Under the pieces are notes generated by a model. The model did not search any database, was not told where the DNA came from, and was given only the letters and a program-made list of their open reading frames with translations. Made by a program: the position numbers and the translations under genes. A DNA stretch of 64,000 nucleotides, taken from contig OZ240685.1 in assembly GCA_965199135.1 (NCBI GenBank), positions 570,528 through 634,527 on the forward strand. Direction: 5' to 3'. The DNA is from Acidobacteriaceae bacterium (lineage in GTDB: Bacteria > Acidobacteriota > Terriglobia > Terriglobales > Acidobacteriaceae). Below are positions 17,304-25,535 of the stretch, piece by piece; the first letter of the stretch is position 1, and each line of letters opens with the position of its first letter.

Positions 17304-19331
17304 CTACAAGTGTCCTCGCGCTGCGGCTTCTCCGGCGGCGATCGGTGCAAGCAGATCCTCCTCGAGCTCAGGCCGGATCCTGCGTGCAAGGCTATCTGCC
17401 AGGACGTAGTGATCGAGAGCCGGCTTCCAGTCGCCCGCAGCGCCGAGCATATCAGCAAGGTTCAACTGCACGGTCGCCGAGCCGGGGGCAAGCGCCGCCG
17501 CCGCCTGAGCCACTCGCAGCGCTCCTGCGAGATCGCCCGTTGCCTTCAACTCCCCGGTGCGCCGGACATCCACGAGCGCCGCAGCCAACGGAACAGCGAA
17601 CTGACCCTGGTACACCGCGACCCCGTGCTGAAGCAGCGCGACCGGCCGCAGCGCACGAAACGAGTCGTACGGGTTCAATTGCCGGTCTCCAAATTCCACC
17701 CCTTCGAGATCGCTGTCACTGATCAACACCGTACCATCGATCACCGGAGGCACCTGCATCGGCATCTTCAGCCAGAACAGTGACGTGCCCGTGGGAAGCC
17801 GGTGGCAGTGCACGCCATAGTCCTCAGGCGCAACCGCGCCATCCGGAAAATACGCGAACCAGCAATGAGTGATGTGGTTGGTGTCGAGGTACTGCTTCAC
17901 TGTCTTCAGCTGCTGCCCCCAGTCCACGTTGGCGTCGCTGAGATAGCGATGCACCGCCGACGGTCCACCCCACGCCTCGTTGCCATAGGCCACGAAATCG
18001 GGCGCCACTCGCACCGTGGTGACGACCTGCCACGCCAGCAGGATCACGACCAGCGCGGTCCACAACGGCCGCCTGCGCCGCAGAGCCGCTGCTGCGGTCG
18101 CCGCCGCAAGCACGTAGAGAAAAGGATAGATCGGCAGCAGATGGCGCACACCGATATCGAAGTGTGACGTGATGACGACCAGGCCGTACACGCACACCGG
18201 AACCAACAGAAAGACCAGTTCGCGACTATGTTGCCGCCACTGATGAAAAAGCAGGAGCGGACAAAGAAGCAGCAGGAGAAGCAGAGGCAGCGTCGATTTG
18301 ATCAGGAATGCAGCAGGGAAGTACTGCCACGGTCCATGGCGGTAGATGTGACCGAAAAAATAGCTGGTGTACTCCCATTCCGTGATCTTGGTGTTTGCGA
18401 GTCCCCACAGGTAGGCCTGCGGCAGCAGGTGAACGCGCGCTGCAAACGCAAGTGCCGCCGTGCCGCGGTGGCCCGGAATGGACTGGATATAGGTGGCGAA
18501 CGCCGGGGAGAGCGCGAGACCATCCCTTGCTGGCGCGTAGCGAAATCCATAGAACGCCCAGAGGATCGCCCATCCACAAAGGAAGATGACGCAGCAGGCG
18601 GCAAGTCGCCTTGCTGCGATGGCCGCGCTGCGAGCACGAACCCCCTCCGCGCAAGCCAGCAACAGGAGCATCGGCAGGAGCAGGATACCCGTGAACTTCG
18701 CGACAAAGGTCAGCCCCGCAGCGAGTGCCGTCAGGGCCACCCAGCCCCAGTGTGGGGCACGCGCATACCGGTAAAAAGCGAACACTGCCGCGAAGAAGCA
18801 GCAGGCGCTGCCCACGTCCGTGGTCACGAGCGTACCGAACGCCAGCACATTCGGATCGAACGTAAAGAGCAGCAGCGCGATGGCTGCTGCGGCTGCACCA
18901 AACATCCGAGAAGCGGCCACATAGACCAGCCATGCCAACAACAGCGGGAACACAGTGACTGCAAGCCGCGCCGGGAGAAGCACACGGTCGCCGCCATTAC
19001 CAAAGACAAATGCGCGCCCGTCGAGAAACGCTTCTGCCGCCTGCGACGCATGCGCGTCTGGCGGGCGGATGAGATGCATCGGCAGCAGCGGCAACGCTGC
19101 TATGAGCTTCACGAACGGCGGCACTTCTGCATTGAGCCGATAGTCGCTGTGCGTCCAGATGTTGTAGCCGTCGTAGAGGTGATGCGCCTCATCCCAGGTC
19201 GCCGAGTACAGCCGCGCCACATGGAGCAGCTGCAGCGAGAAGAGCAGAAACAGAAAGGCCGCGGCCACGGAACGTAGTTGGCGCAGACGGCTCTCGGTAG
19301 TTGACTGCAGGCTCCTACCCTTGGGTGGCAT
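17304..19331 (-). CDS. GT39/PMT_2-type (ArnT-like) membrane glycosyltransferase with a C-terminal TPR-like region
   Basis: Many TM segments. N-terminal loop WDEAHHLYDGYNIW...PPFVKLIAALPL is typical of the dolichyl-phosphate-mannose/ArnT-like family. The C-terminal 100 aa are helical repeat-like. ATG at 19331 avoids the overlap with the SDR gene; the ORF is open to 19481. Confidence 0.75.
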   Translation of the reverse strand: MPPKGRSLQSTTESRLRQLRSVAAAFLFLLFSLQLLHVARLYSATWDEAHHLYDGYNIWTHSDYRLNAEVPPFVKLIAALPLLPMHLIRPPDAHASQAAEAFLDGRAFVFGNGGDRVLLPARLAVTVFPLLLAWLVYVAASRMFGAAAAAIALLLFTFDPNVLAFGTLVTTDVGSACCFFAAVFAFYRYARAPHWGWVALTALAAGLTFVAKFTGILLLPMLLLLACAEGVRARSAAIAARRLAACCVIFLCGWAILWAFYGFRYAPARDGLALSPAFATYIQSIPGHRGTAALAFAARVHLLPQAYLWGLANTKITEWEYTSYFFGHIYRHGPWQYFPAAFLIKSTLPLLLLLLLCPLLLFHQWRQHSRELVFLLVPVCVYGLVVITSHFDIGVRHLLPIYPFLYVLAAATAAAALRRRRPLWTALVVILLAWQVVTTVRVAPDFVAYGNEAWGGPSAVHRYLSDANVDWGQQLKTVKQYLDTNHITHCWFAYFPDGAVAPEDYGVHCHRLPTGTSLFWLKMPMQVPPVIDGTVLISDSDLEGVEFGDRQLNPYDSFRALRPVALLQHGVAVYQGQFAVPLAAALVDVRRTGELKATGDLAGALRVAQAAAALAPGSATVQLNLADMLGAAGDWKPALDHYVLADSLARRIRPELEEDLLAPIAAGEAAARGHL

Positions 19332-19383
19332 CGCACCGAGAGTACCGCTTCCTGCACGGCTGCGGGCGAAAAATGGAGGGACT

Positions 19384-20172
19384 TTAGGTGAGCGCGCGAT
19401 CCAGGTGGGTATACCCGCCATCAACCACCACATGCTGCCCCGTGGTATGCGCGGACTGCGTGGGTGAAAGCAGAAAAGCAACAGCGGCTGCGATCTCCTC
19501 CGGCGTCGTCATGCGCCGGTGTAGCGGGATCTTCGCAACGATCGTGCGCAGCTTGTCTTCCGGCGAGTCGAAGCTGCTGAGCCACTCGCGATAGAGCGGC
19601 GTCATCACCTCGGCCGGGATCACGGCATTGACACGCACACCGTGTGGGTGCAGCTCGGCCGCCCACTCCCGCGTGAGCGCAAGTTGCGCGCCCTTGGCGG
19701 CAGCATAGGCCGAGGTTCCGCCCTGCCCGCGAAGCGCGACCTTGGAACTGATGTTCACAATCGAGCCCTGCGATTTGCGTAACTCTGGAAGACAACTCTG
19801 CGCAAGAACATAATAGTGGAGCAGGTTATGGCGCAGGCTCTCCATGAAAGCATCCGGCGTGCCGCTTTGGAGACCGACACGGTCGTTCCATCCGGCGTTG
19901 TTGACAAGCCCGTCAATCCTGCCCCAGGCAGCGATGATCTCGTCGACAGCGGCCTGGCAGCGGGCGACATCCGCAAGCTCCAGTGGGACGAAAAGAAGAC
20001 GGTCGCCGCTCGCAGCTGAGGACGACTCGAGAAAGCGTTGTGTCTCGTCTGTCTGTCGGCTCAGGATGGCGACACGCGCACCCTCCGCCAAGCAAACACG
20101 ACTGATCGCCGCCCCAACGCCCGATGCGCCGCCCGAGATGATCACTACCTTGTCGTTGAGTCCGAGATCCAT
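19384..20172 (-). CDS. short-chain dehydrogenase/reductase (SDR)
   Basis: VVIISGGASGVGAA cofactor motif, NNAG, and YAAAKGA catalytic YxxxK. The start is ambiguous among 20172, 20184 and GTG 20205. Confidence 0.85.
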   Translation of the reverse strand: MDLGLNDKVVIISGGASGVGAAISRVCLAEGARVAILSRQTDETQRFLESSSAASGDRLLFVPLELADVARCQAAVDEIIAAWGRIDGLVNNAGWNDRVGLQSGTPDAFMESLRHNLLHYYVLAQSCLPELRKSQGSIVNISSKVALRGQGGTSAYAAAKGAQLALTREWAAELHPHGVRVNAVIPAEVMTPLYREWLSSFDSPEDKLRTIVAKIPLHRRMTTPEEIAAAVAFLLSPTQSAHTTGQHVVVDGGYTHLDRALT

Positions 20173-20243
20173 GCTGTCTTTCATCCTGAGTCGGTCAGGG
20201 TCCACTATATAGCGACGCGCTTTGTTGAGTGGCCGCGATGAGC

Positions 20244-21137
20244 TCAGCTCGCCTGTGTATCCATGATCAGGTCGAGTTCATCCCAGCACTCTCCTGAAAG
20301 GAGTGTGCTCGCTGCAGCCATGTTCTCCTCGAGGTGCGCCATCGAACCTGTTCCAGGGATCGGGCAGATAGCCCGGGAGCGATGCAGCAACCACGCCAGT
20401 GAGAGCTGGCTCACCGTGACGCCGTGCTGCTTTGCCAGGTCCGCGAAGGGGTGATTCGCGCCTGGATCATCATTCGCCGCGCGCACAAGCTTGCCGGCAG
20501 CGAGCGGATACCACGGAAGAAAGGCGATTGATCGCTCCGTGCAGTAGTCGAGCACGGCTTCGCTCTTACGCTCCGTCAGGCTGTACTTGTTCTGTACGCT
20601 CACGATCGGCGTTGTCTTTGCTGCCTCTTCTATCTGCGCGATTGTAACTTCGCTCAGACCAACGTGGCGGATCTTGCCTGCGTCCTGCAACTCGCGCAGC
20701 GCACCAAGCGTCTCGGCGACAGGCACCTGTGGGTCAATCCGGTGCAGCTGATACAGGTCAATACGCTCGACACGTAGCCTCCGCAGGGAGAGTTCAACGG
20801 ATTGCTTCAGATACTGCGGCAGCCCGACCGGCTTTGACTTGGCGGGCCCGGTACGCGCAAGTCCTCCCTTAGTCGCAATGACGAGATCAGCCGGGTAGGG
20901 ATAGAGCGCTTCTGAAATCAACTCCTCTGCGATCTGCGGGCCGTAAGCATCCGCAGTGTCGAGCAACGTGACGCCAAGCTCGACCGCGCGACGAAGAATA
21001 GCATGCGCGTCCGCACGGCTCGGGGGTTCACCCCATGCTCCATCGCCTACGAGGCGCATCGTGCCGTAGCCAAGCCGGTGTACCGGGAGATCGCCACCGA
21101 TCGAGAAGGACAGAGAGGAAGACAGGCTCATATGCAT
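20244..21137 (-). CDS. aldo/keto reductase
   Basis: LGYGTMRL, LDTADAYG and IDLYQLHRID motifs. The longest ORF starts at TTG 21179; ATGs at 21137 and 21131 are likelier. Confidence 0.9.
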   Translation of the reverse strand: MHMSLSSSLSFSIGGDLPVHRLGYGTMRLVGDGAWGEPPSRADAHAILRRAVELGVTLLDTADAYGPQIAEELISEALYPYPADLVIATKGGLARTGPAKSKPVGLPQYLKQSVELSLRRLRVERIDLYQLHRIDPQVPVAETLGALRELQDAGKIRHVGLSEVTIAQIEEAAKTTPIVSVQNKYSLTERKSEAVLDYCTERSIAFLPWYPLAAGKLVRAANDDPGANHPFADLAKQHGVTVSQLSLAWLLHRSRAICPIPGTGSMAHLEENMAAASTLLSGECWDELDLIMDTQAS

Positions 21138-21212
21138 AGGATTCAGAAACGCCTTCTTCGGCTCAGTCGCACACTTCAATCCTCAACTTCGCCGTCGTAA
21201 ACTAGAGGCACG

Positions 21213-21434
21213 ATGAGTTTCCCGATCAAGATCTGCGCTGTGTGCTCGGAGGAGTTCGAGCTCAAACCCGACAAGCCTGGTTTCGCCAATCGCTGCCCCG
21301 AGTGCAGCACACCGGAAGCGATGGAGTCGGCCGGCAAGCCGCGCATGGACGCCACTGAAAGAAAGAACATGGCGGAAGCGAACGAAGCCCGCCGCACCGC
21401 CATGCGCGATCTGCTCTACCGTCGGGACAGTTAG
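21213..21434 (+). CDS. small zinc-ribbon protein (73 aa)
   Basis: CAVC-X18-CPEC pattern followed by a charged helix. GAGG lies 4 nt upstream of the ATG. Confidence 0.5.
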   Translation: MSFPIKICAVCSEEFELKPDKPGFANRCPECSTPEAMESAGKPRMDATERKNMAEANEARRTAMRDLLYRRDS

Positions 21435-21441
21435 ACGCGTT

Positions 21442-21888
21442 TTAGAACTTTGCGATCAGCGCTACGCCCGCAATCAACAAGACGCCACCAATGCCGCGAT
21501 AGATGTTCATCGGATGTTGATCCATGCGAAACCATCCGAAGTGGTCGATAGCAAGCGAAGCCAGCAGCGACGCGGTCACGGTGAAGCCCATGAATGGGCC
21601 CGCGCCGACCTTGTTGACAAACGAAAGCCCTGCATACACCTGCACCGCGCCAACCAGCCCTCCGATCACAGCCCACCAGGGAAGCTCACTGAGGGACTTT
21701 GTCGTCGGCAGTGGCGAGGGCATGATCAGGAATGCCGAGGTGAAGAAGAAAGTGATCAATGCGAAGGACACTGCGGAGGCCAGCCATGCATTGCCAAGGG
21801 ACTTATGAAGTTGCCCGTTCATAGCGGCGCCCGCGGATTGCAGGGCCCCACCGATGATGATGAAAGGGATGATCCAGCCAGCGTTCAT
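21442..21888 (-). CDS. DMT-superfamily small membrane protein, YdcZ/DUF606-like
   Basis: 148 aa starting at MNAGWIIPFIIIGGALQS with five hydrophobic segments. The upstream 116 aa of the track ORF are Arg/Cys-rich and look non-coding. Confidence 0.75.
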   Translation of the reverse strand: MNAGWIIPFIIIGGALQSAGAAMNGQLHKSLGNAWLASAVSFALITFFFTSAFLIMPSPLPTTKSLSELPWWAVIGGLVGAVQVYAGLSFVNKVGAGPFMGFTVTASLLASLAIDHFGWFRMDQHPMNIYRGIGGVLLIAGVALIAKF

Positions 21889-22031
21889 ACATTCTCCGGA
21901 AGATGATTCCAGGGCGCCGGGGAAGCACCGCTCCGGACAGTAGATGCACGTTGCGGGCCATCGCGTTTGTGGAGAGAGCGCCGCGCAGAACATCACAGTT
22001 GCGCACTCCCTATGACCGCTTTCGCGCCAGG

Positions 22032-22054
22032 CAGCGTCCGCTATGCGGACGCTG
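22032..22054 (-). terminator. perfect 10-bp stem / 3-nt loop hairpin spanning the DUF2252 stop codon
   Basis: cagcgtccgc-tat-gcggacgctg read directly. No U-tract follows. Confidence 0.3.
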
Positions 22055-23375
22055 GGCGCTGCTTCACAAATGCCTGCCAGTCCTCCGTCGTCTGCGCCGC
22101 ATAGCTGTTGGCAAACTCCAGCATCGCTCCAGCGAAGCGTTTCCGCTTCGCGACATAGCCTGCGATCAAACGAGCATCTCCGGAGCGGGCGTGGCCGCGG
22201 GCCAGCATCTCGCCACACACGCGACCATACTCGCACAGGCCATTCCCATTGAGCTGCGTGATGTCGACAGCAGCCTTATGGTCGTTGAGTTGCCGAACAA
22301 GGTAGTCGCGACCCTCAAGCTCGGTCCAACCCAGCAGCGGGTCTGACTGCAACTGCATCGCACGCTGCCCTTCGGCGACCCGCTTGCCCTGATGCTTCTC
22401 GTCGTGCTGCGGCAGATACGGCGCGTAAGAAGACTGCACCTCCTGCTTCACCTGCAGAAACAACGGGTCCTGCCTCCCGTTGCCCTCCATGTAAATGCAG
22501 TAGTCGCGTAACCCTACCGACCCTGTACCCACGACCTTGAACGCGACATCGATCGCGCGAAACCCGTGAAAGAAGCGCTGCCGCTCCGGCAACAGGCTCT
22601 TCGCGTACTTCGGCAGACAAGTAAGCACGGCTCTCGCTTCCTCCGCATGCAGCCGCGTAAGCAGTGGAGGATCGGAGCAGAAGAGCCGCCCTATCTTCGT
22701 CTTCTCGGTCAGCTTCTTCAACGAGGTAAGGGGAGTAGAACGCTCTGCCTTCTGCAATATCTGCGATACGGGCTCAATGTCTCGCAGACGCCGCACCTGG
22801 TACCGAGCCGCCTCAAGGATCGGTAATTCGGAGAGCGTTGTCATGAGCTCGCAGTACGACGCGAGGAACGCGTCGGCTGCTGCAACGCGGCCTCCCTGCT
22901 TGATCCCCGCATCTCCCCCAGCGAGCAGGATACTGGTCGTCATCCTCTTGAGATCCCACTCGAATGGCCCGCGGCAGGTCTCGTCGAAATCATTGATGTC
23001 GAAGATCAAGCGACCATCTTCGCCGCTGTAGGCGCCAAGGTTCTCCACATGCGCATCGCCGCATAGCTGGGACTCGATGCCTGTGTTCTTAGTCGCGGCA
23101 AGATCCGCAGCCATCACCTGCGCGGCCCCGCGGAAGAAGACAAACGGCGACAAAGCCATGCGCTGGTACTTGATGGGCAGCAGCTTCGGCACGCGATCCC
23201 TGCCGCCCAGCTTCAGCAGATCCGTGAGGGAACGCTTCCGAAGCTTTGCGTTCCACCTGGCAAGCTCATCACGCGAACAACGCTCCCACGCGGATCCGCC
23301 GGCAGACTGTTTGTCTTCGCCGGTATCCTGCGCCATCAACGTACGCCTCGTCTTCCGCTGATCGTTCCCCGACAA
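22041..23375 (-). CDS. DUF2252 family protein with kinase-like motifs
   Basis: SPFVFFRGAAQVMAADL, LCGDAHVENLGAY and RLIFDINDFDET are characteristic of DUF2252. TTG start lies 3 nt after the GDE stop; an alternative ATG is at 23336. Confidence 0.8.
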   Translation of the reverse strand: MSGNDQRKTRRTLMAQDTGEDKQSAGGSAWERCSRDELARWNAKLRKRSLTDLLKLGGRDRVPKLLPIKYQRMALSPFVFFRGAAQVMAADLAATKNTGIESQLCGDAHVENLGAYSGEDGRLIFDINDFDETCRGPFEWDLKRMTTSILLAGGDAGIKQGGRVAAADAFLASYCELMTTLSELPILEAARYQVRRLRDIEPVSQILQKAERSTPLTSLKKLTEKTKIGRLFCSDPPLLTRLHAEEARAVLTCLPKYAKSLLPERQRFFHGFRAIDVAFKVVGTGSVGLRDYCIYMEGNGRQDPLFLQVKQEVQSSYAPYLPQHDEKHQGKRVAEGQRAMQLQSDPLLGWTELEGRDYLVRQLNDHKAAVDITQLNGNGLCEYGRVCGEMLARGHARSGDARLIAGYVAKRKRFAGAMLEFANSYAAQTTEDWQAFVKQRPASA

Positions 23376-23378
23376 CGA

Positions 23379-25475
23379 TTAAGCAACGGTGACTCCTGCA
23401 GCCTGCAGCTCAAGGGTAAGCCGCAGGACCTCTGCGACACTCCACGCCTGAGCTATGCAGCCACGCGGGGTGTGCGGCGCGTCTGCGTCGAAGACCTCGC
23501 TGATGGTGCCAATGCCGGCTTCGCTCAGGTGTTTATCGAAGCCCCGCAGAAAGCCGGCTGCTGTTTCGAAGTCGCCTGGGTGCGCCTTGAGCCATGCATC
23601 TACAAATGGCCCGATAAGCCAGCCCCATACCGTTCCCTGGTGGTACGAGGCATCCCGCGTGTAGAGGTCGCCGAAATACTGCGTCTTGTACTCGGGGCTG
23701 CCGGGTGCCTGCGAGCGCATGCCGACCGGCGTCCACAGTGTCTCGCGGACTTTCTGCACAACAGGCTTCCAGTACTCCTCGGCGAGAATCGGGTGCTCGA
23801 GCGAGATCGCAAGCAGCTGGTTCGGACGGCAGGTACTGTCTTTGCCGTCTCTTACCTCGCTGGTTCCCGGCTCTGCATCGATCACGTCGTACAGGTAGTC
23901 GCCTTCCGCATACCAGAATTTCGCCCCAAAGCTCGCGCGCGCCTGGTCCGCGTGCACACGGTAGCGCGCACCATCTTCACTCCGCCCAAGTCGCGCCAAC
24001 CATCCGCTCAACAACACGAGTGCGTTGTACCAGAGCGCGTTGATTTCGACGGCTTTGCCCCGGCGCGGTGTAACGACCCAGTCCCCGACCTTTGCATCCA
24101 TCCACGTCAACTGGTAACCCGGCGCCCCCTGTACCAACAACCCGTCTTCCGGATCAACGTGGATCCCAAACAGCGTGCCGCGTAGGTGCGCGTCCGCAAC
24201 GCCCTGCATCTTGGGCACAAGATGAACCAGGATCTGTTCATCGCCTGTTACGGCAACATACCGCTCAATCGCGTGAAAGAACCAGAGCGTCGCATCCGCC
24301 GTGTGGTACAGCCCTGAGGTATTCCCCTCGGGAAACATGTTGGGGATCAGCCCGTCACGGATGTACTCGGCAAAACTGCGCAGAATAAACTCTGCCTCAC
24401 GATGCCTGCCTGTCGAGAGCGTGAGACCCTCGAGCGAGATCATGGTGTCACGACCCCAATCGGTAAACCAGTGATAGCCCGCGATGATCGTACGGATTTC
24501 GTCGCCGACCGCCTGCGCGCGTACGGTGTCGGCCACGCGACCCACAGGGATGATCACGAATTGGTCTGCCGCGAGCACCAGTTCGCCGGCGAGCCCGATA
24601 CGTGCAGGCTCGGGCGCCATCTGCAGCAAGCGACGACGACGTTCCCTCTCCGTCGCAAATGCCTGGTCCACCGACAGTGACGCAACGCGCTCCCAGCTCT
24701 CGGTGGAGATGACGAGCGAGATGGTGTCGCCTTGATTCAGGTTCGCTGAGAAGTTGCCCGGTGACCAGAGATTGCCCTCCCAGTCATACCCGCGATGCTG
24801 CTCCTCGCGGTACTCGAGATTATGGATCTCCTGCTGTGACAGATGGAACGACGCCCCTGCGCCTGAGAGCGACAGCAGCAGCGGCGGCACTGCCTCTTCG
24901 CAAGAGACCTCGTAGCCGTGGGCTGTGGCCGTCAGCCGATAAGTGCTTGCGTCCGGGCCGCCGAGACCACCTTCGTGCGGGCGGATATCAATCGAGGGCC
25001 TAAGCTGAAGGCAGGCGCCAGTGCCCCGCAGCAGCTTGTACTGCAGGTATGTTGTGTTCTGGCGATGCACCATGCAGGCGCGTTTCTCCAGCTCGAATGC
25101 CGCACACCGGTAGGTCCACACCGGCAGCCCATCTTCCAGTCGAAACTCCACCAGGGTGCTGCTCACGATGTTGTCATGGGTCGCCGACGCCAGGTCTTCC
25201 GCTACCAGCGTGTGACGCTCGTGGCCGATCGTCAGTGCTTCTTCCAACTGGTTCAACATCATTGTGCGGCCATACGGCGCGGGGAGAGCTGCGATCAGCC
25301 AGCCGTGGAAGCGGCGCGCATTGATGCCAGCCAGGGTTCCAGACGCGTAACCGCCGATCCCGTTCGTGATAATCCATTCATCTTGCAGGCTGCGTTCAGC
25401 CCGCGTGGCAGCGTCCAGCGTTTCAGGGTCGAGCGAGATGGAACGCTTCAGGAGCGGAGCGGGAGAAGAGATCAT
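23379..25475 (-). CDS. glycogen debranching enzyme, archaeal-type GDE (amylo-alpha-1,6-glucosidase family)
   Basis: 698 aa. N-terminal GDE_N-like region (WIITNGIGGYASGT). C-terminal (alpha/alpha)6 region with WFTDWGRDTMISL and YHQGTVWGWLIGPF. Confidence 0.85.
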   Translation of the reverse strand: MISSPAPLLKRSISLDPETLDAATRAERSLQDEWIITNGIGGYASGTLAGINARRFHGWLIAALPAPYGRTMMLNQLEEALTIGHERHTLVAEDLASATHDNIVSSTLVEFRLEDGLPVWTYRCAAFELEKRACMVHRQNTTYLQYKLLRGTGACLQLRPSIDIRPHEGGLGGPDASTYRLTATAHGYEVSCEEAVPPLLLSLSGAGASFHLSQQEIHNLEYREEQHRGYDWEGNLWSPGNFSANLNQGDTISLVISTESWERVASLSVDQAFATERERRRRLLQMAPEPARIGLAGELVLAADQFVIIPVGRVADTVRAQAVGDEIRTIIAGYHWFTDWGRDTMISLEGLTLSTGRHREAEFILRSFAEYIRDGLIPNMFPEGNTSGLYHTADATLWFFHAIERYVAVTGDEQILVHLVPKMQGVADAHLRGTLFGIHVDPEDGLLVQGAPGYQLTWMDAKVGDWVVTPRRGKAVEINALWYNALVLLSGWLARLGRSEDGARYRVHADQARASFGAKFWYAEGDYLYDVIDAEPGTSEVRDGKDSTCRPNQLLAISLEHPILAEEYWKPVVQKVRETLWTPVGMRSQAPGSPEYKTQYFGDLYTRDASYHQGTVWGWLIGPFVDAWLKAHPGDFETAAGFLRGFDKHLSEAGIGTISEVFDADAPHTPRGCIAQAWSVAEVLRLTLELQAAGVTVA

Positions 25476-25535
25476 GGTTGCCTTTGGATGCAGAGAAAGC
25501 CGAGATGTTGATTGCGCGCGCAGTCTTCCGACGGC

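Noticed and set aside
21889-22236. N-terminal extensions of track ORFs. This applies here and also to 53209..53433, 59388..59624, 47983..48225, 45904..46506, 61916..62299, 49283..49420 and 38271..38321.
   Set aside because: The extensions are Arg/Cys/Pro-rich, overlap neighbouring genes or promoters, and precede internal ATGs that give canonical N-termini (signal peptides, GxGxxG, receiver beta1). The downstream starts are preferred.
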